A stretch of 64,000 nt of DNA from Octopus vulgaris (Eukaryota), in contig OX597815.1 of assembly GCA_951406725.2 (NCBI GenBank), forward strand, positions 56,854,001 to 56,918,000, in the 5' to 3' direction. Every line of letters starts with the position of its first letter. The first letter of the stretch is position 1. Of the stretch, positions 39,201 through 51,306 are shown piece by piece. Position numbers and translations under genes: made by a program. The notes under the pieces were generated by a model, which made no database searches, was not told the DNA's origin, and was given only the letters and a program-made list of their open reading frames with translations.

Positions 39201-40810
39201 TAGTACATTTTGATCCTGCATTGGTGATTGTATTAGCTTCAGATGCCAGTGAGTACACTATCAGAGCAGTCATTTTACATAAATACGAGGATGATAACAT
39301 GAAGGCTGTGGCCCATGCTTCACATTCTCTGCTACCAGCAGACAAAAATTACAGTCAAATTGAAAAAGAGGCTCTAGCAATTATTTTCATGATAATACAG
39401 ATTGATCATCGTCCATTGTTATCTATATATGGGTCAAAGAAAGGAACTCCTACCCATACTACTAATAGGTTGCAATGCTAGGGTACTATATTACTAAACT
39501 ATGATTTTAAGATGGAGTTTATACCATCTAAGAAATTAGGACATGCTGATTGTTTATCAAGATTGATACCAAAAAATACTGAACTGTTGGAAAATATTAT
39601 GATTGCAGTGTTGTGAGCAGAAAAAGAAATTAAAAATATTTTATGTAATGTTGTACAAGAATTACCAGTTACATTAGAAGAAATCAAACTAAAAGCAGAA
39701 AATGATGAATTTATTACAAAAATGAAAGGAATTTTAAGTGCTGAAGAAGAAATGAAAATATGCGTTTTGCAGAATGCAACATGAATTCAAACCTATTTTC
39801 AATTTGTGACAATGTGCTAATGTACACACAAATAGTGGTAGTGCTGCCCACACTACAGAAACGAATACTAAAATAATTTCACATTGGTCACCTGAAGATT
39901 TCAAGAATGAAATCATTGATGAGAAGCTATGTGTATTGGCCAAGAATGGACCAAGAGATTGAAGCACTAGTGAAAGTATGAAGAAGCAGCAAAATCACCT
40001 ACCACAAAATTGCATCCATGGCCAAAAACAGATATCCCATGGTTCAGGCAGCATGTTGATTTTGCAGGTCCACTTAACAGTTCACATTACCATGTTGTAG
40101 TGGACAGTTTTTCTAAGTGGCTTGAAGTACATAAGTGTAAAAAACTGACATCCTTGGTTACAGTAAGTTTTCTACACAAATTGTTCACCAGATATCGTAT
40201 TCTTGATACCATTGTGTTTGACAATGGAACTCAGTTTACTGCAGATGAGTTTTAAAAAATTTCTGTAAAATGTTCTGTATCAAACATATGACCACTCTAC
40301 TGATTCATCCTAGGTCAAATGGACAAGTGGAGCGTTTTGTTGATACAAAAAAGAGAGCTAAAAAGAAAGCAAACAACAAAATAATGGATGACTTAGTGCT
40401 TCAACAGTTTTTGAGGTATATCGAGTGACACCAAATACCTTTACCCGGTCCGGAATGTCACCTGCAGAACTAATGTTTGCTAAGAAGATTAGATCAGTGT
40501 TCAACAAGTTGTTACTGGGAAGGAAAAGAAAAATATCAAACAACAAATATAATACAAAATTTTTCAAAATTGGTTACAAAGTTTTCTTTAAAATATTTTT
40601 AAAAAACGGTAAAGAAATGTGGGAAGATTACTAAACAGATTGGGAAAGTGTCATTTTTACTAAAAGGTCACAACCACAAACATAAGCAATATAATCAACT
40701 AAAAAACAAAAGGGTTACTGAGGAAACTGTCACAAGAAACAAAATTTTGATGGAAGTCTTATGATATGTTTGATGTACCAACATCAAAGCAAATTGTGGA
40801 AACTACATGT
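36258..40810 (+). mobile_element. Decayed Ty3/Gypsy LTR retrotransposon (K02A2.6-like gag-pol); 3' end not recognisable
   Basis: TG-starting putative 5' LTR (36258 to ~36570) and PBS-like tggtgacaag at ~36577. gag FTYNPEDGTTFSAYFRRYE; RT FSKLDLSDAYLQI; RNase H ASDASEY…YSQIEKEALAI…DHRPL; integrase HVDFAGP…VDSFSKW…DNGTQF. Many stops and frameshifts. Confidence 0.9.
38190..38565 (-). mobile_element. Complete tRNA-derived SINE inserted into the Gypsy RT gene
   Basis: Head, core and tail are present, flanked by a short tgtat duplication. Removing the SINE restores K-I-C-V-C-A-D-F-S-T-G-L-N of the RT. Confidence 0.85.
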
Positions 40811-41369
40811 TCAAGGTGAGAGATATGGAGTTGCTTTGGAAGGGAAATAGATGAGAAAGTAGTAGGATGATTTGTAAGGTGTAGAAGGTGTAAGAGCAGT
40901 TGGGAGGGAGATATAAGGTTACATAAAGAGTTATAGTAAGTGGAACATGATAACAGATATAAGAAGGCATTGAGAATAATAGGAGATAAGAGAGATGTTA
41001 AGAATGGAGTATAGCAGAGGCAAGAGAGCAGTGACTGAAGGCACAGCAAGGATATGACTAGTAGAAGTAGTGTGGGCAGCAATGATAATGAGGAACAGAA
41101 GTGGTGGAGAGGAGGGAAAGAGGTAACCAGAAGAGAGGGCATTTGAAATGTGCCAATACTGCTTTCAGGTGATTATAGCAGCCAAATAGTGCTGTAGAAG
41201 TGGGAGTGATGGGTGTTAGAAGATGAGAAGCAGGAGAAGTACTTCACAGGACAGAGAGTGAATGATGAATGGAGAAAGGATCCATATGTACAAGAATACC
41301 AAATAGTTTTAGGATATCTTTTTTTACTGTAATGGATGTGTCTTCTGAAGCACAGCAAAAAACTAACTT

Positions 41370-42450
41370 AGTCATTTGTCATCTCCATAAGGTTCAGCAT
41401 CTTGAGATCAGCCATCAATGTTTTGTTCCATATCTTCCTGGGTCTCTTCCATAAGTTCCATCCACTTTAAGCAATCATCACTTCTTTATACACCTGTCCT
41501 CATCCATAACCAGCACAATCTTCTCTCTTGCACACTGCATCTGATTCCTCTTATGCTGAATTTTTCTCTCAGTACCTTAGCACTTTGCCATACATTTGCA
41601 TTGACATTGCACATCCCACAAAACATATCAGCTTCATTACACTCTGGTTTTTACATGTTTTCCACATTCAGGGCCCACATCTCACTACCATGTACCATTG
41701 CTGTACTTATGCAAGCATCATACAGTTTGTCTTTCACTCTGAGAGAGGTAATTAGCTCTCTGAATTTTCTCCATCCTATTGTTATTCTAGCAACTTTACT
41801 TTTAGAACATCCTCCTCCTTTGCTAATTAGGTCACCTAGGTGACAGAAACTATCCACTACCTCCAGAGCTTTTGAGAAATTCAATTTCCTAATTTTTGTG
41901 GCCCTTGTACATCTTCCACATACAAGCACTACTTTTTCTGTTAACTTTCATGTGATTCAACTACATATTCCTACATATTGAGCAAGACTATTTATCTAAA
42001 GTGAGTAGAGTCCTATCTTCAATTCCAGGTTTTACTTCCAAACCTGGAATTTCTTTTTTAATTTTGTTACAAATCCTGCTATGAGAGTAAGATCATCAGC
42101 ATATAGTAGTTCCCAGAGACAGCCAATCTTGAATTCTTCTGTTATTGCCTGGAGCAATAGGAAGGGACTGAGAACTAAGCCCTTTTGAGTGCCTACTACT
42201 TATTGGCTAACTCTTGCCTCACTGAAAGCACCCCTGTACATTACTTGTATGGCTTTTACAACCCATTTGCCTACCCCTAGCATCCTCAGAGACCACCATA
42301 TCACAACTTGAAGGACTCTATTGAAGGCTTTCTCCAGGTGAACAAACGCTAAGGACAATAGTTTACTCTGAGCTAAATAGTTCTGCTGTTGTCTAAGAAG
42401 GTAGCATCAGAAATACTTTTACAAAACCAAACTGCATCTCATCTAGTTTA
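41370..42450 (-). mobile_element. Decayed RTE-clade LINE fragment
   Basis: ORF 41651-41929 has EVVDSFCHLGDLISKGGGCS…ARITIGWRKFREL…KLYDACI…HGSEMW. LLYADD reads on the minus strand near 42100. Confidence 0.82.
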
Positions 42451-42609
42451 ATTCTATTTGATATAAAATATCTCAAAGCAGCATATTTGGTTTCAATCAA
42501 CAACTTTGAAGATGAATTTCTATCTAATTGCTTGTAATGACTAAAAGAAATAAACTCTGGAAGAAGGAAAGACACCCAATATTTTATGTTTTGAAGATTA
42601 TGTACTCTA

Positions 42610-44072
42610 CACTGAACCGTGAAAGAAATGCGATTTTTTCAAATGTTATTTTTATTTGCTAAATTCTGAAAATTTTTTTCGGGGATGTAAGTGTAAATAT
42701 TCCAAGATATGCTGGTTTATGGCTGAACCAAAATTGCAGGTAACCCTTCAACTTTCCCTAAAACAAGATGCCAAAATGCATTGGATGCTGTAGGTGGCAG
42801 TCGCAAACAATTGTCATGGAAACTGAAATGCACATGCATCTTGTGGAGATTATGGGTATAAAAATCAACTTGAACCACATTCCTGGTATTCGTAACTTGG
42901 ACCCATCAGGTATGACCTGATTGTCAGCAGCACAGAGAACAAGTTATTGGCTGATTGCTAAGCAGGGCAGCATGCCCTGGTTTTTGCAAAATCTTACAAT
43001 AGTCCATCTCAGCACCATCTATCACCTGCAACAGCGATACAACAGCACTGCAGACCATGCCCAGGTAGGACTACTTCATTCACCTGCAACACCTTCGTGA
43101 TCGTTTCAGACTGGCCGATGTGACAGCTCATGGGGAACATTGGCACTGGATAGCGACCTGTCAGCAACAGTATGATGTTCACTGACCACCAATAACCTGT
43201 GTTGCCATCGTCCTGCTTAAGGGCTTATTCTCACTGCCCGCCACCATCAGGCATAACTACAGTGGGCTACACAGCACCAACATTGGTGGCATCAACAATG
43301 GAAGTCAATAGTCTTCTCTGGTGAGAGTTGGTACTGCGTTGGATGGCAGAGTGAAGGTATGGTGTAGGAGGAATGAACGCTACAGAGACACGTGTAATGG
43401 AGAGAGACTTGTGGGGTGGCCAAAGCATCATGGTTTGGAGTGCTATAGGCCTGAATCAGAAAATTGGGCCCCATGTATTCCAAAATGTTGGTGCAGGCAG
43501 AGGGAATGGCATCACAGCACAGCACTACATTGACCAGATCCTAAGGCCTCACATCACCATAGCCATGTGTTCCAGCAGGACAATGCTCCCTCCCACATGG
43601 CCAGGGTCATCATGGACTTCCTGCATCAGTAAAACATCAGAACCATGCCGTGGCTAGCTCTCAACCTGGATTTGAACCCAATTGAACACCTGTGGGATGA
43701 AATCCAGAGACAGCTGAACCAGGTGGTCCCAAAGCCGACAACTCACATGGAACTGGAGGCAGCTTTCCTCAGGGTGTGGGCACAGGTGCCAATGGCTTTT
43801 GTGAGCCACCTCATGCATTCCATGTACCGACAGTGTATGACCATTTTGAACACCTAGGGAGGGCATACACGATATTGAACATCTCATGCTCTACAATTTC
43901 GATGTGCTGGATCTGCCCACTACCAGAACACATGACAACAACCCATAGTCTGTGGTCAAAGTGCATCCAAGAAATTGACTTTATTAGATTTATCAAAATT
44001 TATCTCTGACATAATGAAATTAAAACATATTTCACAGTCACACATGTCTCACATTCCTTTTGTGGTTCAGTG
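42610..44072 (+). mobile_element. Decayed full-length Tc1-like DD34E element
   Basis: TA|cactgaaccgtgaaagaaatgcga … tcacattccttttgtggttcagtg|TA. Translations GGQSIMVWSAI, FQQDNAP and WLALNLDLNPIEHLWD. Confidence 0.9.
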
Positions 44073-46381
44073 TATCCTTTCATTGAATTCTGTGAAAATA
44101 CCCAAGAATAAACCATCATCATTCTTTTTACATCTAATTTTCTATGCTTGCATAAGTCAGATAGAATTTATTAAAGCAAATTTTCTACAGCCAGTTGCAC
44201 CTAATTGTTGCCAATCTTCACCTGTTTCTGAGTATGGTTATATTTCCCCATGGTGTACATGGAAGATTAGAAAAGGACACCACTTGTATGATGCACCACT
44301 CATTTACATCTATTTTACATGCACACACACACACACATGCATATGTGTATGGTTTGGTTTTTCGGTTTTTCCAGTTTCAGCTAATGAGCTGTGGCCATGC
44401 TGGGGCACCGCCATTTAAAAATGTATGTATCTTTATAATATATGTATACATATATACTGCTGGAGTGGCTATGTAGTTCAGAAGCTTGCTTCCAAATAAA
44501 GTGATCTTGGGTTCAGTCCCACTGTGCAGCACTATGAGTACCTGTCTTTTACTATAGAGCCGACAAAAGTCTTGATGGTTGAACTGTAGAAACCCAGAGT
44601 AATATATGAGAGGTTGGTGCACTTTTGATAAGAAAGTAGAAGGTTATGTTGCAATTTGAGAGGTGAGAAAGTAACTAGAAGGCTATGCAGTACAATCAGA
44701 AATAAAATCTGCTGAAAAATTTTCATTTCATTTTATCTAAAACTGCTCTAGTTCCTTACAATACTGGATGTTTTGGATTCTACCCTATGTTTGTCTATAT
44801 AAATTGACCACAAAGACCACTGAATTAACTTGCACTGTGGATCTATTTCAATCTGGGTTTCCCTCCTCCTATTCACTGTGTAGCAGTTTGCAGTATTTAT
44901 TTTTAATTGCAGATCTTGTTTCTCTTTTACCATAGCCACATTGAGCTTTTCTCAGCTGTCTCTGACAGGTGTTCATTGTTGCTACTCTTTTGTGAATTTT
45001 GATTCTGACCTGGTCATTGGTACATGGAGATGCAACAAACCCTTGTATATCATCTTCCACTGCCTGAACTGTACCCCTCTTTTGTCAAATCTTTCACAAG
45101 TTCATCATATTTTCTCATCTTTTAGCAGCACTCTCACTTAAAAAGCCTCCACATATGCGTCTGCCTTCACCTCCAACTCTACACTACATACAGAGAACAA
45201 AAATTTCCCATACCCTCAATCTCACCACCATAGTCATCACAGACAAAAACTCACCAGGTCATCCATTCTGACAAGACATACAGGTAATCAGCATACCTCT
45301 CATCAACTTCAAATAATGTACTTTAAAGCTTAACTGCAAATTGTTATCCTCACCAAACTTTTCAAGCCTCTTTTTCCATTTTTGGAAACCTACTACAGTG
45401 TATATTCCATCCCTCTAAAACGTTTAACATCTTTGATCCTGCCAAATTCCAATCTTCTAACATGTCAGTGTTTATGGAAACATTTATTAATAATTACCCC
45501 TTTCATAATCTTCAATCTGTTTCCCACCTTCTCAGTGACCAGCAGGATGGCAATGTTATAGCCAATCAACTAGAAACATGCTCTCTTATCTCACAATATC
45601 AGTGAAACCATCATCCATGTTTGGTATGAGAATTTCCTTGCTCACCAGCCAACCCATACCCAACTCTGGTAAACACCAATGCTCAGTAATGTCTTCCACA
45701 CTAACTTTTGTCATTTCTAATAACTCAGACACCTAATCACTCTTCTTTGCGCAGGATTTGTCCACACTCAACCCAAACAACATTGGAAGAGGCTCTATGC
45801 AAATTCTCTCAAATTACACCCTACCATCTTGAAAAAGTAAGGAGACATTGACCAATGTAGTTGTAGATATGCAAAAAATGAGATAGTCATAACTGTAACA
45901 CCTTTGCTTATAGGTCTGGTTAAGCAGTGATGATTTTTTGCTACAACCTCATACCAGTCTTTTGATACCTCTAAGAACTTAGTCTCCTTTAACAGTGGAA
46001 AACTAAATCACTACACTTATCAAGGAAACTGTCTTGTACTTCACCCTCACTAATCATGAACAACATATAACTAAAACCCTTAAAGTCATTACAAATATTA
46101 GGTCATCTCTGATGATGTATTATGATGTTCCTACATATTTAACATTGCTAAAATAGCTTCACAAAGACTAGGACTCTTCTTTAGAGCCCCAAAATTTTCA
46201 ATTCTGATAACCATAGGCAAAATTTAAATAAAAATTACTATAATTGTACTGCAGCTACTTGTATGGACACTCTAGACTACATCCCAAAGTCATCTAGTTT
46301 TGTTCATATGTATACAGTCATTCACGGTGGATATATTAACATTTCTGTGTACACACTCACACATACACACATCTTTATACA

Positions 46382-46810
46382 TCTGTATATATAAAAGGCA
46401 GGATGTGTGTGTGTGTGCACGTGAATGTAGTTTATGCACATCCACAAATTAGCACACATGTCACTCAAATTTAAGAGGGCATTTGTCACGACCCTAGCTG
46501 TATTTTCATCAAATTATTTTCCCCCGAGGCACCAGCAAATAGCGGTAAAAATAATTTTGAACCATAACTTGTAACAATTTTCAAGTTGGAGAAATACATG
46601 ATCATTTGCAAATATGAATTAAGTCCCCTTCTAGCAACGGTGTAAAGAGAGGGAGTGAGAGAGAGATAACAGATTTTTAAGATTTCATTATGTTAGTGAG
46701 TGATTGACAGGCAAAAATAGACATACATGGGTTGTTATGTATGTATGTATGTGTGAATGGCTTCAGTCACACACATGAACATGTATGTAATGTGTGTGTG
46801 TGTGTTGCCC

Positions 46811-46867
<57 letters not shown>

Positions 46868-47200
46868 ATATAAATGATATTCTCCATTTCTCCACAACTA
46901 ATTTCCAAATTAGCTGAATCCATTGCTCTACTCATAGCGACATATAGCTGGTCGTGCGTGAACATGGGAGAGAGCAGAAGTTATCAGAGCAAAAATCTTA
47001 AGTGTTGACTCTAGACATGCTCCTTCACAAACGATCAGCTATTATTTTGTAAACAATGTTTCGAAACTGTTCATGTTTTTGAAAGGAGAGATCTGACTCT
47101 CACATCTCTGCGGGAGAAGGTAGGCCCCTCTATTCCTCTTACAAAACTTACGTCTGAGTGCCAAATTTGCTTCAATTGATGGTATTACTCAGGGTGGTGG
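46382..47200 (+). mobile_element. Non-autonomous Helitron-like repeat (copy 1, 3'-truncated)
   Basis: Start A|TCtgtatatataaaaggcagg; colinear with 53600-54670; carries an antisense helicase motif FTHDQLYVAMSR. Confidence 0.7.
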
Positions 47201-47419
47201 TGGGACAGGGGCACAGGCAAGGGAATATAAAAAACATGTATGCAATAGGTGTACATACGTATATATTTGTGTGTGTGTGTGTTGCCCATATATATATATA
47301 TATATCAAGAACAATCTTACTTAGAAAGGGATGCGTGCGTTCTGTCATATAATATATTAATAAATAAAACATATGCATATATATATACATATATGTACGT
47401 ACCTACCTCTACATGTATA

Positions 47420-48260
47420 TATACATGCATATATGGGTACAGGACACCAAAAAAACGTCGAACACAATGAGAAACGAAAACATAAACACAAAACCAAGGA
47501 ACTGGACATTTTTCTTAAACAACAAAAAAATAGAGTACAGGACAAATAACACAAGGAAAATTCCCCTTCTTCAGTCGCCGTGGTTTCATCTACTCTGCAT
47601 TTCGAAAGTGAAGGCGATACGCATCTTCGATAGAAACTTTCCTTCCTGCGAAAAGCAAATCAAATAAAATTTGAGATCTTTTTGCAGAGGGGTAAAAATG
47701 GTAACAATAAAAAAGGGCAATAACGACAGTACAAAATATAAACAGTAAAAGACAGGACAAGGAGAATAACAAGACAAGAAGAGCTGTTAAGCTGAATGCA
47801 AAAAAGTATTATGAACGCTATTTTTGAGGACGGCGAAGGAGCAAAGAAAATGCCGTCCACACTTCAAGGAAGTCAGGCCAGAAAGACAGTAGCAGAGCTC
47901 TCGTCGTATTGAATTCAATGGTATTTCCATTCACAGCCTGTGAGAAACTTGGTTTTCCTTTTTCATTTGAGTAAACTTCTCCCACCACGGGAAAGTCGGA
48001 CGACAAATTTAAAGCCATACTTGTCATAATGAAAGTTGAATACACAGAAATTTTCAGCCCCATAGGGTGAAAATTACAAAAAACCATAGTTCACAATTAA
48101 CAATAACCACGGACAAAAAACGAACCCACTCAGTAACAGCAACAAACAACATAGAATTGAAGAGCAAAAAATAATCCAGAAAGAGGCAAAAAAGCTTGGC
48201 TTTGCTAGCTGTCGATGCTTATTCACCTTTCAAAACTTATAGAATTTCAAGTGAAATAAA
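47420..48260 (-). mobile_element. Repeat: probable 5' end/ORF1 start of a LINE joined to a dispersed non-coding repeat
   Basis: CpG-retaining segment. Minus ORF 47818-48087 (MTSMALNLSSDFPVV…SFSQAVNG…) resembles a LINE ORF1 N-terminus; the assignment is tentative. Confidence 0.3.
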
Positions 48261-48332
48261 TTCACTGATCTACAAAATTAGAAATTTGCATTTCTAAATC
48301 TCTCAGAGAGACTATACAGTAACAGCATGATA

Positions 48333-48596
48333 AAGTGATGGTTTGTTGCCAACTTAATGTGGCAGTCCTTGGAAAGGGGAGAATGCTGCTGCTATTTAAC
48401 CCCAGCAATGACTCTGAAACTAGTCTCTAGATGCTAGCTTTGCTGAGTGGAGGTGCTTATCTCCTCTGAAAACTTAAGGACACAGAACGCTTGTGTTACA
48501 TAGTCAACTGGAAACGATATCTCCTGGGGCTAAATAGCTGTAGCATTCTTCCTTTTCCTGGGACTGTCACATTAAGTTGGCAACAAACCATCACTT
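48333..48596. mobile_element. Foldback/MITE with ~70-bp inverted arms
   Basis: aagtgatggtttgttgccaacttaatgtg is a perfect 29-bp reverse complement of cacattaagttggcaacaaaccatcactt. Pairing continues imperfectly to 48405/48524. Confidence 0.88.
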
Positions 48597-48889
48597 AAAA
48601 GTATTTTTTTATATTTTATATTTTATGATTATAGATCAGACAGTGGACAGATAATTGGTCACCACCCACATAAAAATTATGTCCTCTAAACAGTGAAATT
48701 TTCTTTTTGGCCTTAATGATAAAATCTTAAAAATGGCAAAACACTAAAAATCAATGCCTTTATAAATATTGTGAAATGGGCAGTATATCTGATGGCAATT
48801 AAACTGTATGTATCTTTTTATATATATATGAATGAGTATATAAGGTAATGGAGATGGCCATTAACAACACCTTGAATTTCTTTCCTCTT

Positions 48890-49410
48890 AATGACTACCA
48901 GGACAGTTTCTGTAAAGCCTGATCCACTGGTGACTTACTCTTGTTCTGTTAGCACCAGGAGGTTTTTGACCTTGAGTGGAATAAGGTGAAAATCCTGTTG
49001 TTACTCATGGTATCAGTAAAACTTTTGACCATATCTGACATGTTAATATTCTATTGAAATTTCAACCTATGGACTTCATCCTTTCAGATTACACTATTGC
49101 CATGTGGGTTGACAGAGCTCTTTCTGTTCCTCGTTGGTTTACCCCAGGGTTTGGTTTTGTTGCCCACTCTTTTCCTTCTATACATCAATGACTTACATGA
49201 CATCACATTCAATAACACTTCTCTTATGCAGATAATATTACCCTCCCTAACATTCTCCAACCATTCATCATCTATTCACAACCTAAACACCATCACAACA
49301 AGACAAACTTCAAGACCAAAGACCTCAAAAGAATCCTAAAATGTAGATGCATCAATCTTGTTTCTTTGAGCAGCAAGAAAACACAAACGCTACTCATCCC
49401 AAGAAACATC
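48890..49410 (+). mobile_element. Highly decayed LINE RT fragment
   Basis: ORF 49097-49339 contains GLPQGLVLLPTLFLLYINDL. Confidence 0.65.
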
Positions 49411-49759
49411 AAAAGAGAATAGATTAGAAAGTAACAGGATGATGTGAAAAGTAGTGGGAGGGACATGTAAAAGTACATAAATATTTTAATCTTCGGATTC
49501 TTTTTTAATATGCTAGACCACTGGTCTTAATTGATAAATATCAATTTCTACCCTTAATTAATTTTATATAAATAAATGTTCTCTAACCGATAAATTAACT
49601 GCTGCTAATTATTAGCTGCAGGCTAGTTTTCTCGGGTCTCAACGCGCCAAAGTAAAGGCATTTGAAAGATATAATTCAAATGTAATAGGCTGAACTCCAT
49701 GCACGCGATATTTCGGTATCGTGTTTGCATTTAGTCCAGCAAATTACATTTATAACGGA

Positions 49760-49824
49760 CCATGCTGATGATGGCTGCAGTTTTCCTTGCGGAAAATAAC
49801 AGCTGAAACTAAGTTAGTACATGG
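49760..49824 (+). ncRNA. Complete type I hammerhead ribozyme
   Basis: CCAUG-CUGAUGA-U-GGCUG…CAGCU-GAAA-CUA(AGU)UAG-UA-CAUGG. Stems I, II and III all pair, the core is unmutated, and the GUA triplet predicts cleavage after 49819. Confidence 0.85.
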
Positions 49825-50055
49825 GTAATTATTTTATTTCGTATATTTTTCACTTGTTTATTGCTATGGTTTTGTGTTGAGTTTGATCTGAGAACATAAT
49901 CTTTTGTGGAGAATGACGATTTGACGTCTATATCTAGCATGTTGACTGTCCACTTTTCGTGTTCAGTCCTTAATTGGTATATATATATATATATATATAT
50001 ATGTGTATGTATGCATGTATGTATGTATGTATGTATGTATGTATGTATGTATGTA

Positions 50056-51306
50056 CAAGGTGGTATCAAAAATTCCTGGGCTAGTTCTGTAGCACACCAA
50101 CAGATGTCAGCACATGGTTGCATGCAGTGAGAGCTAGCAGTGACCGTCATGAGGCAGTGTGGCAAGTGACATTGTTGTGTTTACTTCACAAGTTGTGAAG
50201 TATTTTTATGATCATGTGTATGCTGTAGTCTGTGATTTTCACATGGACAGTAAGATGGAACAAAGAGCCAAATATGAAATTTTGTGTTGAACTTGGGAAG
50301 TTTGCTACAGAAACATTGAGAATGCTTCAGCAAGCTTATGGTGATGAGGCAATGGATTGTACACAATGTTTCAAGTGACACAGGTGTTTCAAAACCAGAA
50401 GTCCCTGGAAGACGACGAGCAATCTGGAAGAACTGCCATAAGCGTCACCCTCAGAAATGTGATGAAAATTCATCAGGTTGTGCATGAGGATTGTCAGAAG
50501 ACACTCAATGACATTGCTGATGTTGTTGGTCTATTGTATGGGTCCATGCAGGCAATCCTAACTTCTGAATTGAACATGCGGTGTGTCTCTGACCACTGAG
50601 CAAAAAGAATATTGTGTTGAAGTTTGTGAAGATCTCTATCAGCATGACCCAACCTTCATATCAAATATCATCACCAGTGATAAGAGTTGGGTCTACTGGT
50701 ATGACACTGAGATGAAGCAGCAGTTGTCACAATAGAAGAGCCCTTCATCTCCATGACCAAAGAAAACATGATAGAGCCACAGCTCAATCAAGAGCATGCT
50801 CATCATTTTTTTTTATTTTTGATATCCACAGTATTGTGCATCAAGAATTCATCATCCAGGGCCAGATCGTCAATATTTTGAAGTGTTTGAGGGAGGACAT
50901 TCAGCAAAAACAACTGTATCTGTGGAGTGCAAAGAATTGGATTCTTCATGACAACAATGCACCCTGTCACTGATCTCTCCTCACTTGTGAGTTTCTCACC
51001 AAAAACATGGTATCACTTCCATGCCAGCCTTATTCACCAGATTTAGCACCTGCAGACTTCCATCTCTTCCCCAAGATGAAAATGCAGCTCAAAGGTCACT
51101 GTTGTTGAGATCCATAGGAAATTGCAGAAGGTCCTCTAGTCACTTATGGAAAACAACTTCCATGCTGGATTCCAAAAGTAGCAGAAACACTGGGACTGGT
51201 GTATTGCTGTGCAAAATGACTATTCCGAAGGTGATATTAAAACTTAGGTAAATAAGTTATTTTTTATTAAGCATAACTAGTCCAGGAACTTTTTGATACC
51301 ACCTTG
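50056..51306 (+). mobile_element. Decayed full-length mariner element
   Basis: TA|caaggtggtatcaaaaattcctgggctagtt … aactagtccaggaactttttgataccaccttg|TA. Translations MEQRANMKFCVELGK, LEDDEQSGR, ILHDNNAP and YSPDLAPADFHLFP, with stops. Confidence 0.93.

Noticed and set aside
47555-47612. Type II hammerhead-like order (GAAA…GUA…CUGAAGA) on the minus strand
   Set aside because: Stem I cannot be formed from the intervening sequence.
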